This document shows, piece by piece, positions 26,801 through 38,130 of a stretch of 64,000 nucleotides of DNA (position 1 is the first letter of the stretch; every line of letters begins with the position of its first letter). The DNA is from Raillietiella orientalis (lineage: Eukaryota): positions 2,542,001 through 2,606,000 of the forward strand of contig JAYWIR010000007.1 of the NCBI GenBank assembly GCA_036172245.1. Direction: 5' to 3'. Made by a program: the position numbers and the translations under genes. The notes beneath the pieces are model-generated. The model ran no database searches and was not told where the DNA came from. It was given only the letters and a program-made list of their open reading frames with translations.

Positions 26801-29800
26801 CGCTTCGGCAGCAGCTTCTGCGGCAGTTCTTCGCGCCGCAGGGCTTCTCGGTGCTGCGTCCCGGCAGCCCAGCGGCGAATCGCCACGAGGTGGAACAGCG
26901 ATTGCGCGGGAGTCAGGAGTGCGTGCCACCCCCTTCGCGATGAGGAGGGTGGCAAGGTGACCTTACCTTCGATCGGGAAATAAGGAGGGCACCTCCACCT
27001 GCATCGTAGCCAGGCCACGAGAAAGACGCAGGCCCCCTTCCTCCTACCTCTTTCTGCATCGAGGTTGAATGAGGGACTCATATGACATGGGAACAAACTT
27101 GTCACTGCTGCTGTTGTCGATCCGGCTTGCTTGTCGTTTCTTCTCTTCTTCATTTTGTTTCTCTTCTCCCTTATCCTCCAAGTGCTGCAACCATTTGTTT
27201 TGTCTTGCACGGGACCGACTTGCAAGTGGGCGTAATCCTTAAATGCGTTTTCACATTGTGCAGGTTTACTCAAATATTAAACGAAGGTCCCGTTGCGGCC
27301 GCGCTGTCAACAGAGACGGAGCTGGACAGGTCGAACGAAACGGCGGAAGCTGTGGGAAACCTTCCTTTCATTCTTCATGCAATCTTTTGTTGTTCCCACG
27401 AGTAGACAAACACAGCGCTGGGGCAAGGGTCATTCGAACGCGACAGGCGGCGATCCGACAGCGGAGGAGCAACTGGAAAGTGGGCAGACGCTCGCGCCCT
27501 CAGCAGACAGAATCTGTAACTAACTCGCATCGTGTTTCGAGGAACAGAGGTCACTGTCGACACGAAAGACTTCATGAAGCAGCCGAGCACCCTCGTGCCC
27601 CGCTAACGGCAGAGCATGGTTACAGGAAACGTGGGCGAGGAGCCAGGAGCAAAGCACGGAACAGTTGCGCCGTTTCCTGTTCGTGCTCAACAACTGCTGC
27701 ACGCTCCGAGAGATCCCGCAGGATACCGGAAAAAGCGCGTGGGCAAGAACTTCCCTTGCCACAGCGCTGCCTTCCCTCAGGGAACACCTGAGCAGCAGCA
27801 TTGCGGCGAAATGGGAAGTTAAGGTGACCATCTCCCGAAGGGATAAAGGACTGGGCTAGTGGATGATGGGCCAGCTCATCGGCGCTGCGACCCCGAGTAC
27901 AACACCCCATGGACTCTTAAGCTGGGGCGAGCTACTGGATGTTCCGACGAAATACCTGAAGTGGCCCCCGGTGTTCATGGACACCCGCACCCTCCCCTTG
28001 AAGTGGTAGGAGTCGGCGTAGATGCTGCTGCACTGGGGTCTCCCGTGCAACGCCCGCTGGAATCACAGGAAACGGAGGAGTGTGGACCCCAGCTGTGTCA
28101 GATGCGGGTAGCGTGAATCCCTCTCATACCTGTTAGTGGATTGTGTTACCCTCCGATCTCTGCAAGAACGCTTTGCTGCGACCCTAGTAAACCCCGGAGG
28201 CAACTCCAGAGACTCTCGAAAACCCCTCTTCGTTCAGAGACCTCACTAGTATCCCTGTGCTGCCTACTCGGGATCATGGTTGCATGGAGCAAGGCAACAG
28301 GAGAACCCAGCGGCAGGGGTGAAATCCGTTTCACCGTCCGATTCATCAAAGTGGGGACGCGATGTTCCCACTTGGACAGGAACATCCGGAAAGGTCTTGC
28401 CGGCATCCTACAGAGGATGCATAGGACTATGCACCACTAGCAGAACGTGATCCTTTACCACACTCCCCCCCACCCCCCAAAGTGTACCTATTTTTTTTTT
28501 TGTTTCTTTTTTTCTTTTTGCTTGTCCCCTTCCCTCTGCTTCACTTTGATCTAAATCTTCTGACCAAAAGGCCGAGAAGCGGTGGCGGACTCGCACCTGT
28601 CTGCGAACCGGTGACCCGGCAGGTCTCCATTGGATCGTGCGTGGTTGGACCGCTGTCCAGGCACAGTTCTCATGAAATGTTTATTTTCGAAATACGCTCC
28701 CCTGCGCACCCGTGTTTGGGCGTTCCGCTATCGTTTTCGACCGCCAATCCGCGAAACCTCGTTCCCATCTGTAGCAAGAAACGCGGGTGCAGCTTACCTG
28801 ATGTACATGTCCTCGTAGATTTCCAAGGGTTTTTGGTTGGTCAGGGAGAAAAGTTTGCTGTAGAAGTCGCTCATTTCTTCCTGCAAGCTCTTGTTTTTGA
28901 GAAAGGAGTATTGCATGTGCCAGCTGTACGCGGGCAGAGCAAGGAACGCCAGCTGCCGCTTCGTGAACTCCATCCCTGTGGACACGTGAAACAAAAAGAT
29001 ATTGGGATGTTCTTCGGAAGGGAGAAACGTATGGACAGCGCCCTTTCTAGGGATGCATGCAGGGGCTGCAGGAGGTATCGCTGCCGATTTTTTTCTCCTT
29101 TTTTTTTGTTTTACATCTTTGGGGAGAGGTGTGTTCGAAAAGTAGGCGCTCCCAGGGTTGCATTTTCAGAAATGAGCCATCACTATGATGTCTTCTTCAT
29201 CTTGTGACTTTGGGGGTTGGGAATGAAGAACTGCACACTCTGGAGCTTTGCAAATCCCCGAAACAGATAAGAAGCGGAAGAGACGGCGGAAGAGACGACG
29301 TGTGAAGGTTTGATTCGTTCTGAAACCATCGAACTCTCCCCTCTCTCTGGATCCTTCGGATGCAGGATGGAGCGGATGCGGAAGGACGAACATAGGTGTG
29401 AAAAAAGGGCCAGGTCGGTTCTCAGGATCCTAGGATCAAGGACACGAGAGATTCTCAGGATTTCTCCAGAGGGATGATAGTCCTCTCGATATGCGGATGG
29501 GGCCTACCGGGAAGGTTTCGGTGCCTCTGGAGCTGATTGGGGAAGGGGAAAAGGGGAAAGAGAAGAAGGGAGGCCTCATCCTGGCAACAGGAGACATCCA
29601 ACGACTCTCTCCCGTGCGGGAGGGAGAAAGCCGAAAGGATTCTTCGCCCCTCATCTTCCTCGGCGCGCATCAGAGGTCTTTGCTCCTTCGGACTCCGACT
29701 GGAGGGTCGTTGGTGTGCCTGGAGCGCCTCGAGACGTTACAAGGGACTTCGCATACCCTTTCTGGAAGGCAGCCGCGCCCGACTTCCCCTTCAAGATGCT

Positions 29801-32800
29801 TCCGACGGGACTGAGAAGGACGAAACATATCCTTCTCTGCATCTCCAGAATAAGCAAGGCTTGGTTCGTCGATCCTGGGAAGGATCCATCCACCGTCGGA
29901 GGGAAAGAAGAAAGGAAAGAGGAGGACGCGAGCGGAAAAATGCCAGCAGGAAGTGTTTGGTCATTTGGGAGGTGTTGGCTGAGTGGGAGTGGCGGGGTCG
30001 GCTGCAGAAAGCAGCGGGAAGGAGGAAGAGTTATGGCGAGCGCGAGTTCCTGCAAGCTGGAGAAGGCGACTTCGGGGCGGACGACCCCGAAGTCGACGGG
30101 GAAGGGAATGCGCCTGCTCAAGAGAGCACGCTGCACGCACTCCCTGCTTACAGATGAGCTCATCCAGTCATTGGTGGAAAGTCCCGCTTCCGTTTCCAAG
30201 AAGAAGAAGCTCCTGCGGCCATCAGAGGAGAGAAGGGTCGGGACGGACGCGATCACATACTCCCGGCGGCTCCCTTCCTTCCCGGAAACAAATACACCGT
30301 CCCGAGGCCAAAGTGTACGCGAGGAAGGGAAGGATCATGCAATCCCCTCCCCACCCTCCCCCTCCCCTAGCCGCATTCATTGAAGCTCCCTTTCGGAACC
30401 CCGAGACACAGCTCAGGGGCAGGGCTTTCGTTCCCAGAGGGTAGAGCGACGTTGCCGGACGGAAGATTGGCTGGAATTGTCATGTCAGCCTCCGGAAGCT
30501 CAGCGGCAATGCCCTGGTCCCTCAACCCCCTCTTGCCCGTATGGGGGCTCCCCCATTCTTTCCCTGTGGCCGTGCTTTCGTGATCTCCGCGCCAGCCACT
30601 CCTGCAACACTAGTGGTCATCGGCTACGGGGACCCGCTGAGAGTAAGGAGGCTGCTCACGCGACTCAGCCAGGAGCCCAAGGGCACTGCTACATGGAGGC
30701 TGCGCGGAGAGATTTGGGAGCTTCCCACGGGGCGAATCGAAGTATCGAAGAACAGCAGCGCTCGGTCGCCGTCGCGGGGCCAGAGCCGCGCTAGAGGAGG
30801 GGGGAGAGACCTCTCGAAATTTCGAGAAAGAGGTAGAAAGAGGGAAGAGGAAGGGGAAAACACGAAGGTTCTGTTTTTTTTTTTTTCCAAAAGCGCGAAC
30901 CTTCGTCAGGAGAATGGCGGAGGTGGAGGGACGGGGAGGAGGACATCCGTGAGTCCAAAGGAGGCTCTCTAAAGCTTGGAGACGAACTTCCAAGCGCCTC
31001 ACCTCTGCACAAGAGGGTTGCCTTCTGCCCCCGTTCTGACCCTCGCTCGCACCCGTTCCTTGCCCACTCGCAAGGGTGCGCAGGATGCCTTCGGGGCTCG
31101 GAGACCATGGGACGTGTCGGAGACCACGAGAACCCTGTCCTCTTTCGCTCCCACCTCGAGGGGAGAACGTCATGGTCACGTCTTGTCGAAAAGAGAGTGA
31201 AGCGAAAAGGGGGGGGGGGTGAACCCGGCAAGTTTGTTTGGAGGCGGAGGAGGTGCTGGTGCGGCTGATGTTGCCAATGTCGTTCCTCCTCCTCCTCTGC
31301 ACAACCCAGCGACACACGCAATTCCCAGCCGCCTTTCACTCCGGAAGGACAGGGCTGTTCTCTCTTCTCCAGGGGCCCTCTCGCGGAGGTTTTTTCCTTT
31401 CTCCCTTCTTCTTTTATTTTTCCCCTTCATCTTCCTCCCTTCCCCTCCCCCACCAATCCTTCTTCAGGATTGTCCCGCAAGAGGGGGCAGCAAAGGGCTA
31501 GCTGGAACTTCTCCTCGCCTCGTCCCTCCTCCCTTGGTCCTTGTGACGAACGAGAAGTTTGCCTAAAGAATCCAGCCTCTTCCTCGCGCGGCAGGAACCG
31601 CCTCTCGCTCCTCCCGGAGCTGACAGCGGTTGGTCTGATCTCGAGTAAGCGAGGAAGGGAAAAGAGCGGAAACATTGGGGGTCGATTGCAGAAAGGGAGT
31701 GGCAAGAGAGGAGGACCACGTCTCGTCATCGTCCAGGATTTCATATGCTCCCCTCGGATGCGGGCGTTGCTCTGTCGAGCGAGCCGTTGGTCCGCACGTC
31801 TCCGATCGGCTGCTCTTCTCGCATCAGTCCTCCAGGATGAACCAGCAGCCAGGCCGACCCATGCATGGTGGCACCTTGACGATGTGGTCCACCAGCGCGG
31901 CGCCGGCTCCGAGAACTCCACAAAGAGCCTCCGGACAAGCACCATGATGACGCACCGGACCCCCCAGGGAGTAGCCCTTGTCAGATGTTGACGTTAGCCT
32001 CATCTCCGAATGAGCTTTCCGACGTAGGCGGAGATGATCCCTGACTTTGAGAGGGCTGATCCGCTTCACTCAGATTTCTTGGACTAGTGGGGCGCTCCCG
32101 AGGGCAGCGCCGCTCTCGTATCCCGCATTCTCGCATCCTCGACGTAATGGCTCGAACCACACAAGAGTTGGTTCCGCTCTCTCGCCCATCGACGTTGCCG
32201 GAGGGAGGAGAGGGACGCATCGCCTCCGGAACGCCTCGACATCAGGGAGCCAGGATGTTCGTAGCGGCTCGCGGTTATCTCGCTGCAAACCCTCTTCAGG
32301 AGGACTAGGCTCGAGGGTCAACCGCACCGCGAGCTGTGGCTGGAGGCAAGCGCAATGGATCGACCATGGACGTCCACGGAGCTATCTGCTCGGGATGCCG
32401 GACGACCCGATGGACGCACGGAGAAAGCGTCGAACCCGCGCGGGGGAACACGCCCAGTGCTCTTCGGCCGGATGGCCAGGTGATGGGAGCACTTGATTGA
32501 GGTTCCCCGGCAGATCAGAGTCTCTGGTTGGAGCTTCGTTTCCTACCAACAGGGAGTCGGATGGACCAAGTGGATCTCCAAAACCCATTTTTAGTGCCTT
32601 TCCTTTCCTGCTGTGGCTCCCCATCACGAACGATTCTCCCTTCCCTTCCCCCTCCCCCTTTTTCCCGATCTTGGCTTCCACGACCGCGGCCAAAGAGGCT
32701 TACCGACTCTCTTCTCCAGGTCCAGAAGGCGCTGCGGGCTAAATGGAAATATGGAGCAGATGCTGATCTCGGGCAGCACGAGCCTGTCGGAAGCTTTCTC

Positions 32801-32989
32801 GAAGTAGTGCATCTGGTAGGTGTCCGTCCAGATCAAATTCGATATGAGATATGCCATGTACGTGATGCTGAAGGTGGTCATGATCAGCGAGAAGAGCAGC
32901 CAGGTCAGCTTGCAGTAACTCGCCTTTTCCTTCTTCCAGCGGTGGAAGCCGTGGAGCCGGGTCCCGAACGAATGAGGTTTCTGGTCCAT
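17814..32989 (-). CDS. DEG/ENaC channel subunit, paralog B; about 9-10 exons over 15 kb
   Basis: Exons: 32991-32704 (TRLHGF, TM1, LPEISICS), 28975-28798, 25658-25459 (CEDFVVFC...CCTQYF...TAYGKC), 25404-25256, ~22821-22668, ~22059-21972, ~21885-21765 (CYQPCLETSY), ~18207 onward, and 18025-17814 (IIGGNLGLFIGGSLIALLE, TM2). Most junctions are GT-AG and phase-compatible. One donor is GA, and one phase mismatch (25256 to 22821) implies a missed small exon or a lesion. Confidence 0.85.
19540..19790 (-). mobile_element. SINE-like repeat, partial 3' copy
   Basis: cacgctacccaagggtgcgtgttactcttc...catcctgtgaatccaggaaggaccc...tcattctctccggag matches the 3600-3800 copy. Confidence 0.7.
19830..20163 (-). 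mobile_element. tRNA-headed SINE-like element, short variant lacking most internal modules
   Basis: Minus strand begins gcccgcgctggaggccgtgtgg...gcgggttcgaatctc (canonical B-box) and ends ...cgcaccctctggtggcgtggaacagtgt, the same head and tail as the long copies. Confidence 0.75.
21430..21560. repeat. Purine-rich (GGA/GAA)n low-complexity tract
   Basis: gaatgaatgaatg...ggaggagaaggaagggaggaggagg..., seen directly. Confidence 0.85.
23353..24109 (-). mobile_element. tRNA-headed SINE-like element, full length, in an intron of DEG/ENaC paralog B
   Basis: Minus strand begins gcccgcgtcggaggccgcgtggtta...gcgggttcgagttcc (B-box). Colinear with 10539-11272 and carries an extra ~70 nt near its 3' end (~23380-23455). 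Confidence 0.82.
26400..26943 (+). mobile_element. Non-LTR retrotransposon C-terminal remnant
   Basis: 'KCAACGTMESLPCLLSDC' resembles the CxxC...ExxxHxxxxC zinc knuckle at the end of LINE ORF2, with the His lost. Confidence 0.4.
27430..27800 (+). mobile_element. Old interspersed repeat with coding remnant (same family as 58440-59108)
   Basis: 'PANGRAWLQETWARSQEQSTEQLRRFLFVLNNCCTLREIPQD' aligns to 'PANVSAWLQRTARTWASIQEPSAEQVRRFLYACNSNCTLREMLED' on the minus strand at ~58.8-58.95 kb. Confidence 0.65.
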
Positions 32990-33042
32990 GCCTGCGGGAG
33001 AAGGAAGAGAAAAACAATAGAAGCACGCTAGGGTGTGCTTAC

Positions 33043-33245
33043 AGGAGGAGGAGGACGAGGAAAAGGGAGAGGAGGGTAAGGAGGAAGGAGGAGAAGGGGA
33101 AGAGGAAGGGGGAGAAGGGGAAGAGGAAGGAGGAGAAGGGGAAGAAGGAAGAGGGGAAAGGGGAAAAGGGAGAGGAGGGTGGTCATAGTGGCAGTAGTGG
33201 TGCTGCTACAACTACCACTAATACTGAAAGTAGTAGTAGATGACG
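33043..33245. repeat. Pure-purine (GGAGAAGGGGAAGAGGAAG)-like tract followed by (GTA/CTA)n
   Basis: Seen directly, immediately upstream of the first coding exon of paralog B. Confidence 0.9.
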
Positions 33246-34608
33246 GTTCAGATTCGCACTTGCTGAGCTTCGGACTCGTGGAAGGTCCGAGCACTTCACT
33301 GGGAGGGATAACGCGCTAACGGGTGCGTCCGATCATCTGGACCGCACATCTCGGCAAAGAGGGGCAAGAAGGGAAGGAGGTCCTCTCGGGGGAAGCCCAG
33401 AGGAATGGAAAAATGCAAGTCAGCTCGTCCACTTGACAGTTCCCTCTGCATCCCGGCCTCGAAGTCTGTTCCCGCACATCAGTGAGACTGCAATCCTTTC
33501 CTGGGTTCACTCGCATCCGAAGCGACTTTTTTCAGGAGCGTTTCGCACGAGGGACTCGCATCAGCGCTTGCCTGGAGGTAGGGAAACTGAGAAAGAATGA
33601 CCTCGGAAATGCGTCCGCTGAGCATGCATGGCAAGAGAAAGGTGAAATCACCAAAGTAATCGATCGAAAGGGGGTCCTTGGAAGGAAAGGAGGGATTATA
33701 AAATGAAATTCTACCTGAGCCCTGAACCCTAGGGGAAAGAAGGGGTTGTTGTGGGCGTCAGCAAAGGTTCGAAGGTCCCATGCTGCTGCCAAGGGCAATC
33801 CTCGTCCTCAGTTGCACAGTGGGACTTCCACAATGTAAGCGAAGAGCTTCCACAGTTACGCACGAGGGTATCGACTCTGGATAAGGCTTGCCCACTCTTT
33901 ATATGCAACCCTAAAGGGAGAGCAGATAATCCGGCCGTACTGACCGCATTAAAAGATAACCGAAGGGAAATCAATCCCGTTATAAAAAATTTAACTGAGC
34001 CCACCTCTCCGAATCGATCAAATCTTCGTTTCGAAACCGACCGGGAGGACCTCGGCTTCCCGTGAGTTTGGGGTCCGGACGCACAGCTAGCTGCTAGCGC
34101 ATCCCTGACAAAGCCCTCGTGGGCATTCCTGCAGGCGGTCTGCAGCTCAAGTGGGGACAGGCTCTCAGTCCGTTCCCTTGGGCCGCGAGAGTCAACAAGC
34201 CAAACCCTGCGCTTCTGGAGTCACGGGAGCGCTACTTTGCTTGGGCCCCACCTCCGGAAACTCCAGACCCACTGCTTGTCAGAGCCGGTGGATGGCCTCG
34301 CTTGTTAGCGCCCAGGAACTCTCCGACTCGCTCCCGTGAGGATCCTCCCTGGCTTCAGCAGACGGACAGCTTTCCAAGTTCCAGCTCAGGATCTCGAGAT
34401 CCCGACACGGCTGCGGGCTCTGGGCAGCCGTGCTTGTCCTTGGCCTTCAGTGAACTTCCGGAAGTGATGGCGGGACGGAAAGAGGTCACTCGACCCAGGG
34501 GCTCCTTCCTCTCCAGCAGCCGGGTGACACTCGAGTAACTGAGATGCTGCTTCTTTGCAAGCCCTTCCAGCCTTTTTCCACCTTCTTCCTTCCAGTAAGA
34601 GGCAATGT

Positions 34609-36061
34609 GGAGCCGGGGCCCATTCTTGCCTCGGTTCCAACCACGATTCACCCGTCCTCGGGCAGCGGGACGGAGACGGCGCGGGTGAGCTCGACAGGAG
34701 CACTCGTTTCATCCGCTTTCCGGGATGGAGTTCCTTTGGCGGATGGAGAGTTTCCAGGAACACTCTCCAGGATCGACGAAATCCTGGATCCTTTTTGTGC
34801 TTTCCCACGCCCTTTCGTCTTTTTCGCGTTTTTCTTTTTCCTTCATTCGTGATTCGCCAAGTACGGAAGAACCGTGGCTTCGAACGCCTAGGGACAACGG
34901 TGCGAATCGAGAAGGTGTGGGGAGGGGTGCGGGGGCTGTTTGACTGCCTGGGATTCGACTGAGCGTGAGGTGGAAGGGGGGAGGTCGTGGGGAGAAGTTC
35001 GAAGCAGAAGGGAGCACTTTGAAGGCGTGTTTGTGCGTGAACGGGAGCCTGGATGCGGGGACGCGAGGGCGTGGTGCGAGTGGAGACGAGAATGTGGAGC
35101 GGTCCTGAGCGCCATCTCGCGGGAGGACCGGAAACTGGGAGCGACTCCTCGGAGTCGGCGCCCATGGCCATGGGTGTTGGAAGCTGGGACGCTTGGTGGC
35201 GCGCGCGATCGCCGCGGCCGCTGTTCGGATGACCTCGTTTTCGGAATCGCCGCAGCAGGTCCTTCCAGCTACGTGGAGAGAGAGCGCTCAGCGTGAAGAA
35301 GCTGCTGCGATTCCGGTTGGGACCGAGGGGAGGCGGATGTCGATCTTGAGGGAGTGCGCACCTTGCTCTCCCCTCGGCTCCTCGTGAATTCCTCACAGAT
35401 GCGCCTGCTAGTGAGCAGCCTTCCCGAGGATTCCGGGCACGTCCGGTGTGGATCGCGACTCGCCGGATGCGCGCCGGCGGTGGAAGACGTCTCGGGAAGG
35501 TTCAGCGGCTTCGCCTCTCTTCCCTCAGGGCGGTCGCTCGGCAATGCTACCCCCTGCAGCGAGGTCACTCGGTTCGGACGCTACAAGGAAATGCTCCAGC
35601 TCGCTCCTGGGAAGGGCGCCGAAGAAAAACGAAGAGGCGAGAGAATTCCGGGTGCTGAAGGACCAGCCTGCAGCAGCCCCCGGGGGACGCACGACGAGGG
35701 CCTCCGCGTGGGATGTCCTGCGGCGTCCCGTTTCCACCGGAAGTGCAGTCCTGAGTGGAGTCGGACGGCATCTCTTTCGCCGCTCCTCTCTCCGGGACGC
35801 GGGGCGAGGAGCGTGCGGATGGCGCCGCTGAGGAAACGCGACCTAGGAAGAAGAGGAGGTTGCGACCTCATCTGCGACCGGCAAGACGGATGTGAGGCTC
35901 AGGAACCCCAACGAACGCCTCCCCCGAGCCTCCCCTTCCTTGCAATCTGCGTGCGCGGCTGTTTTTTTTTTCCTGCCCCTTCTTGCTTGCGCTCCCTGAC
36001 TCCCGCGGCCGACCCAGCGAGCGGTCCACTCGGGAGTCTCACCTCCCTCCTGCGCCCTGGG
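34609..36061. repeat. 1.45 kb GC-rich dispersed repeat, copy 1
   Basis: Near-identical to 56238-57694 from ggagccggggcccattcttg to cgggagtctcacc...ccctggg, same orientation. Confidence 0.97.
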
Positions 36062-37889
36062 GGATACGGAGGGAATGGGAGCCCCACGAGAGTTCGAGTT
36101 TTATCGCAGGATGTTTGCTGTGGTCCTGAGCGAGGAACACGCCGGAGCGACCGGTTGTGGAGATTCAGCGATGTGTACGTCAGAGATGCTCCTTCTTGCC
36201 GTGCAACTCTGTTGTCTTTTTTGCCCATCACTGTCGATGACTCTTCCGCGTTCTGGAGCAACGAATGTGGCTGCTCCACAGGGTGGCTGGAGCGCGCGAT
36301 CATTCTCTCGAATACCTCAGAATGAACTTCATCGCATCCTCTTGATCAATAAAAACCGAAAGTGAGTCGTGATCGACCTTCTCTGGAAAAAAGTTGCAGG
36401 AAAAGAAGCTGGAGCTCGAGCGCCTGCTCTCTTCTCACCTACACTGGACGACGAGCAGATCCGCAACTTCCGTCCATCAAATGAAAAGAGTTTCCTCGAT
36501 TCGGATGCTGGTCTTTGTCTCCTTCTGAGATCTGACGTGTCAGTGAAGACGCTGTGGTCGTCGTCATTCAAGCCGGGTTCCCTGATGCCCCCATTCTACC
36601 AAGCTTGTGACCACTGATTGCCCTCAAACTCGTGTCACGATGCAGTGTTGTGCTGCTCGATGCTGACTGGTTAGGGAAGTCTCCCTCCTAAGGTCTAGGA
36701 GGCTAGTACTTTAGACAGAAGCACAGTGGAGATGGATGAACCTGCATCTCGGCAGCTGCTCAGGAATTCAGCAGTCCCTTCGAACGGATCCTTCCTTCAA
36801 GGACAGGTCTCAACCGATAGATCCTGATGCATAGAACTGCGAACTCCGCTGGAACGAGAGACCGTGCCGTCCGACATCGTATTCCACATGTTAGAAGGAC
36901 AGAGTGCTAGGAAGAACACTGCGACGCAGCAGCAACGCTGGAGATGTCGGAGAAAGCGTTGCATCACTTCCTGACAAGCAGCTGTCCCGTTCTGATAGTG
37001 GTCTTCATAGCAGTGCATAGTAGCAGGTTGCCCTCCGAGGTCGGCCTGTAAGCTGTGGCAGTCGTGCTCTGTTAGGCAGCTCAGAACTACGATCGGGGGA
37101 CCATAGATACACTGTGAATGCTTCGTTCCACCTCTAGAAGGCTGTTCGTCACAGCTGCTGCCAGCCTGCAGCCAGTGCGCCTGTAGGACCGTTTGTAGAG
37201 ACAAACAGCCCGATATCCAGACGGTCCGCCGTCGAAAGTGTTGGAACTCTTTGCAGCTGCAGCTGCAAACCTTCTGAAGATTAGATGCCTTCTCTTCTTT
37301 GAACTCTCACAAGAAAAGAGTCTGAAAAATCTCTGGGTTCAGCAAAGGGCCTTTCGCGACATTTCGAGACCGCGTTAGCAAGGATGGGCACCTACACCAA
37401 GTGAGGAACATGACAAAATGTAGAACTAGTAGAGTTCCTTTCGTTGCCCTGGAGAGCCGGAGTCCACAACGTCTCAATTGGAAGATTTGCCAGCTGAAGT
37501 CCGATACTGTTTGCTCACCGTCTCTGAAAGAGATCAGCTTGAGGGAGACGGCATACGAAGAACAGCAAAGAACGTGAGAAGAAGATGGATCTCAGCTCCT
37601 GAGATGTGCGATCCAGCACGTGAGAGATGGCAGCCACGAACGCTTTCCAATCCCAGATGGATCCATTCCATCCTATTCAGTCAGAGCAGTGTAGACCTTC
37701 TTGGCATGCCGCGTACGACTCGCTTTAGGGGTCTGTGATGGGGTGTAATTTTTGCCGCTCTGCGGTGAAGGGTTTCTTTGAAAGGATTCATCAACATTAG
37801 CAGTACATAATTTCTTCCTACATGAATGCCCACGGTAGAAGGAGAGAAAAGCACTTATTGGAGTACATTTGGTTCAGAGGTCTGTAGTG

Positions 37890-38130
37890 ACCACACACAC
37901 ATATAAATGCTTTTTCACGTCCTGCGGCATCTTATATATACATACACATACGTGTGCGTGGGGGGAATGCATGTGTGTACACGAATATGACTGTAAGCGT
38001 ATCCATTTATCTATATACATTTACGCATAAACATATGTGCGTATATATGGATATATCTCTGTGCATTTATTTTAATGTGTGCATAGCTTATATGTATTTG
38101 TATTTGCATGTATCTACACATATGTGTGGG
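37890..38130. repeat. Degenerate (TA/CA/TG)n microsatellite region
   Basis: cacacacacatata...tatatatacatacacatacgtgtgcgtg..., seen directly. Confidence 0.75.

Noticed and set aside
35354..36325. Long ORFs (323 aa +, 336 aa -) in the 1.45 kb repeat
   Set aside because: Low-complexity R/P/S/G composition, open on both strands, and indels change the frames in copy 2; typical of GC-rich spurious ORFs.
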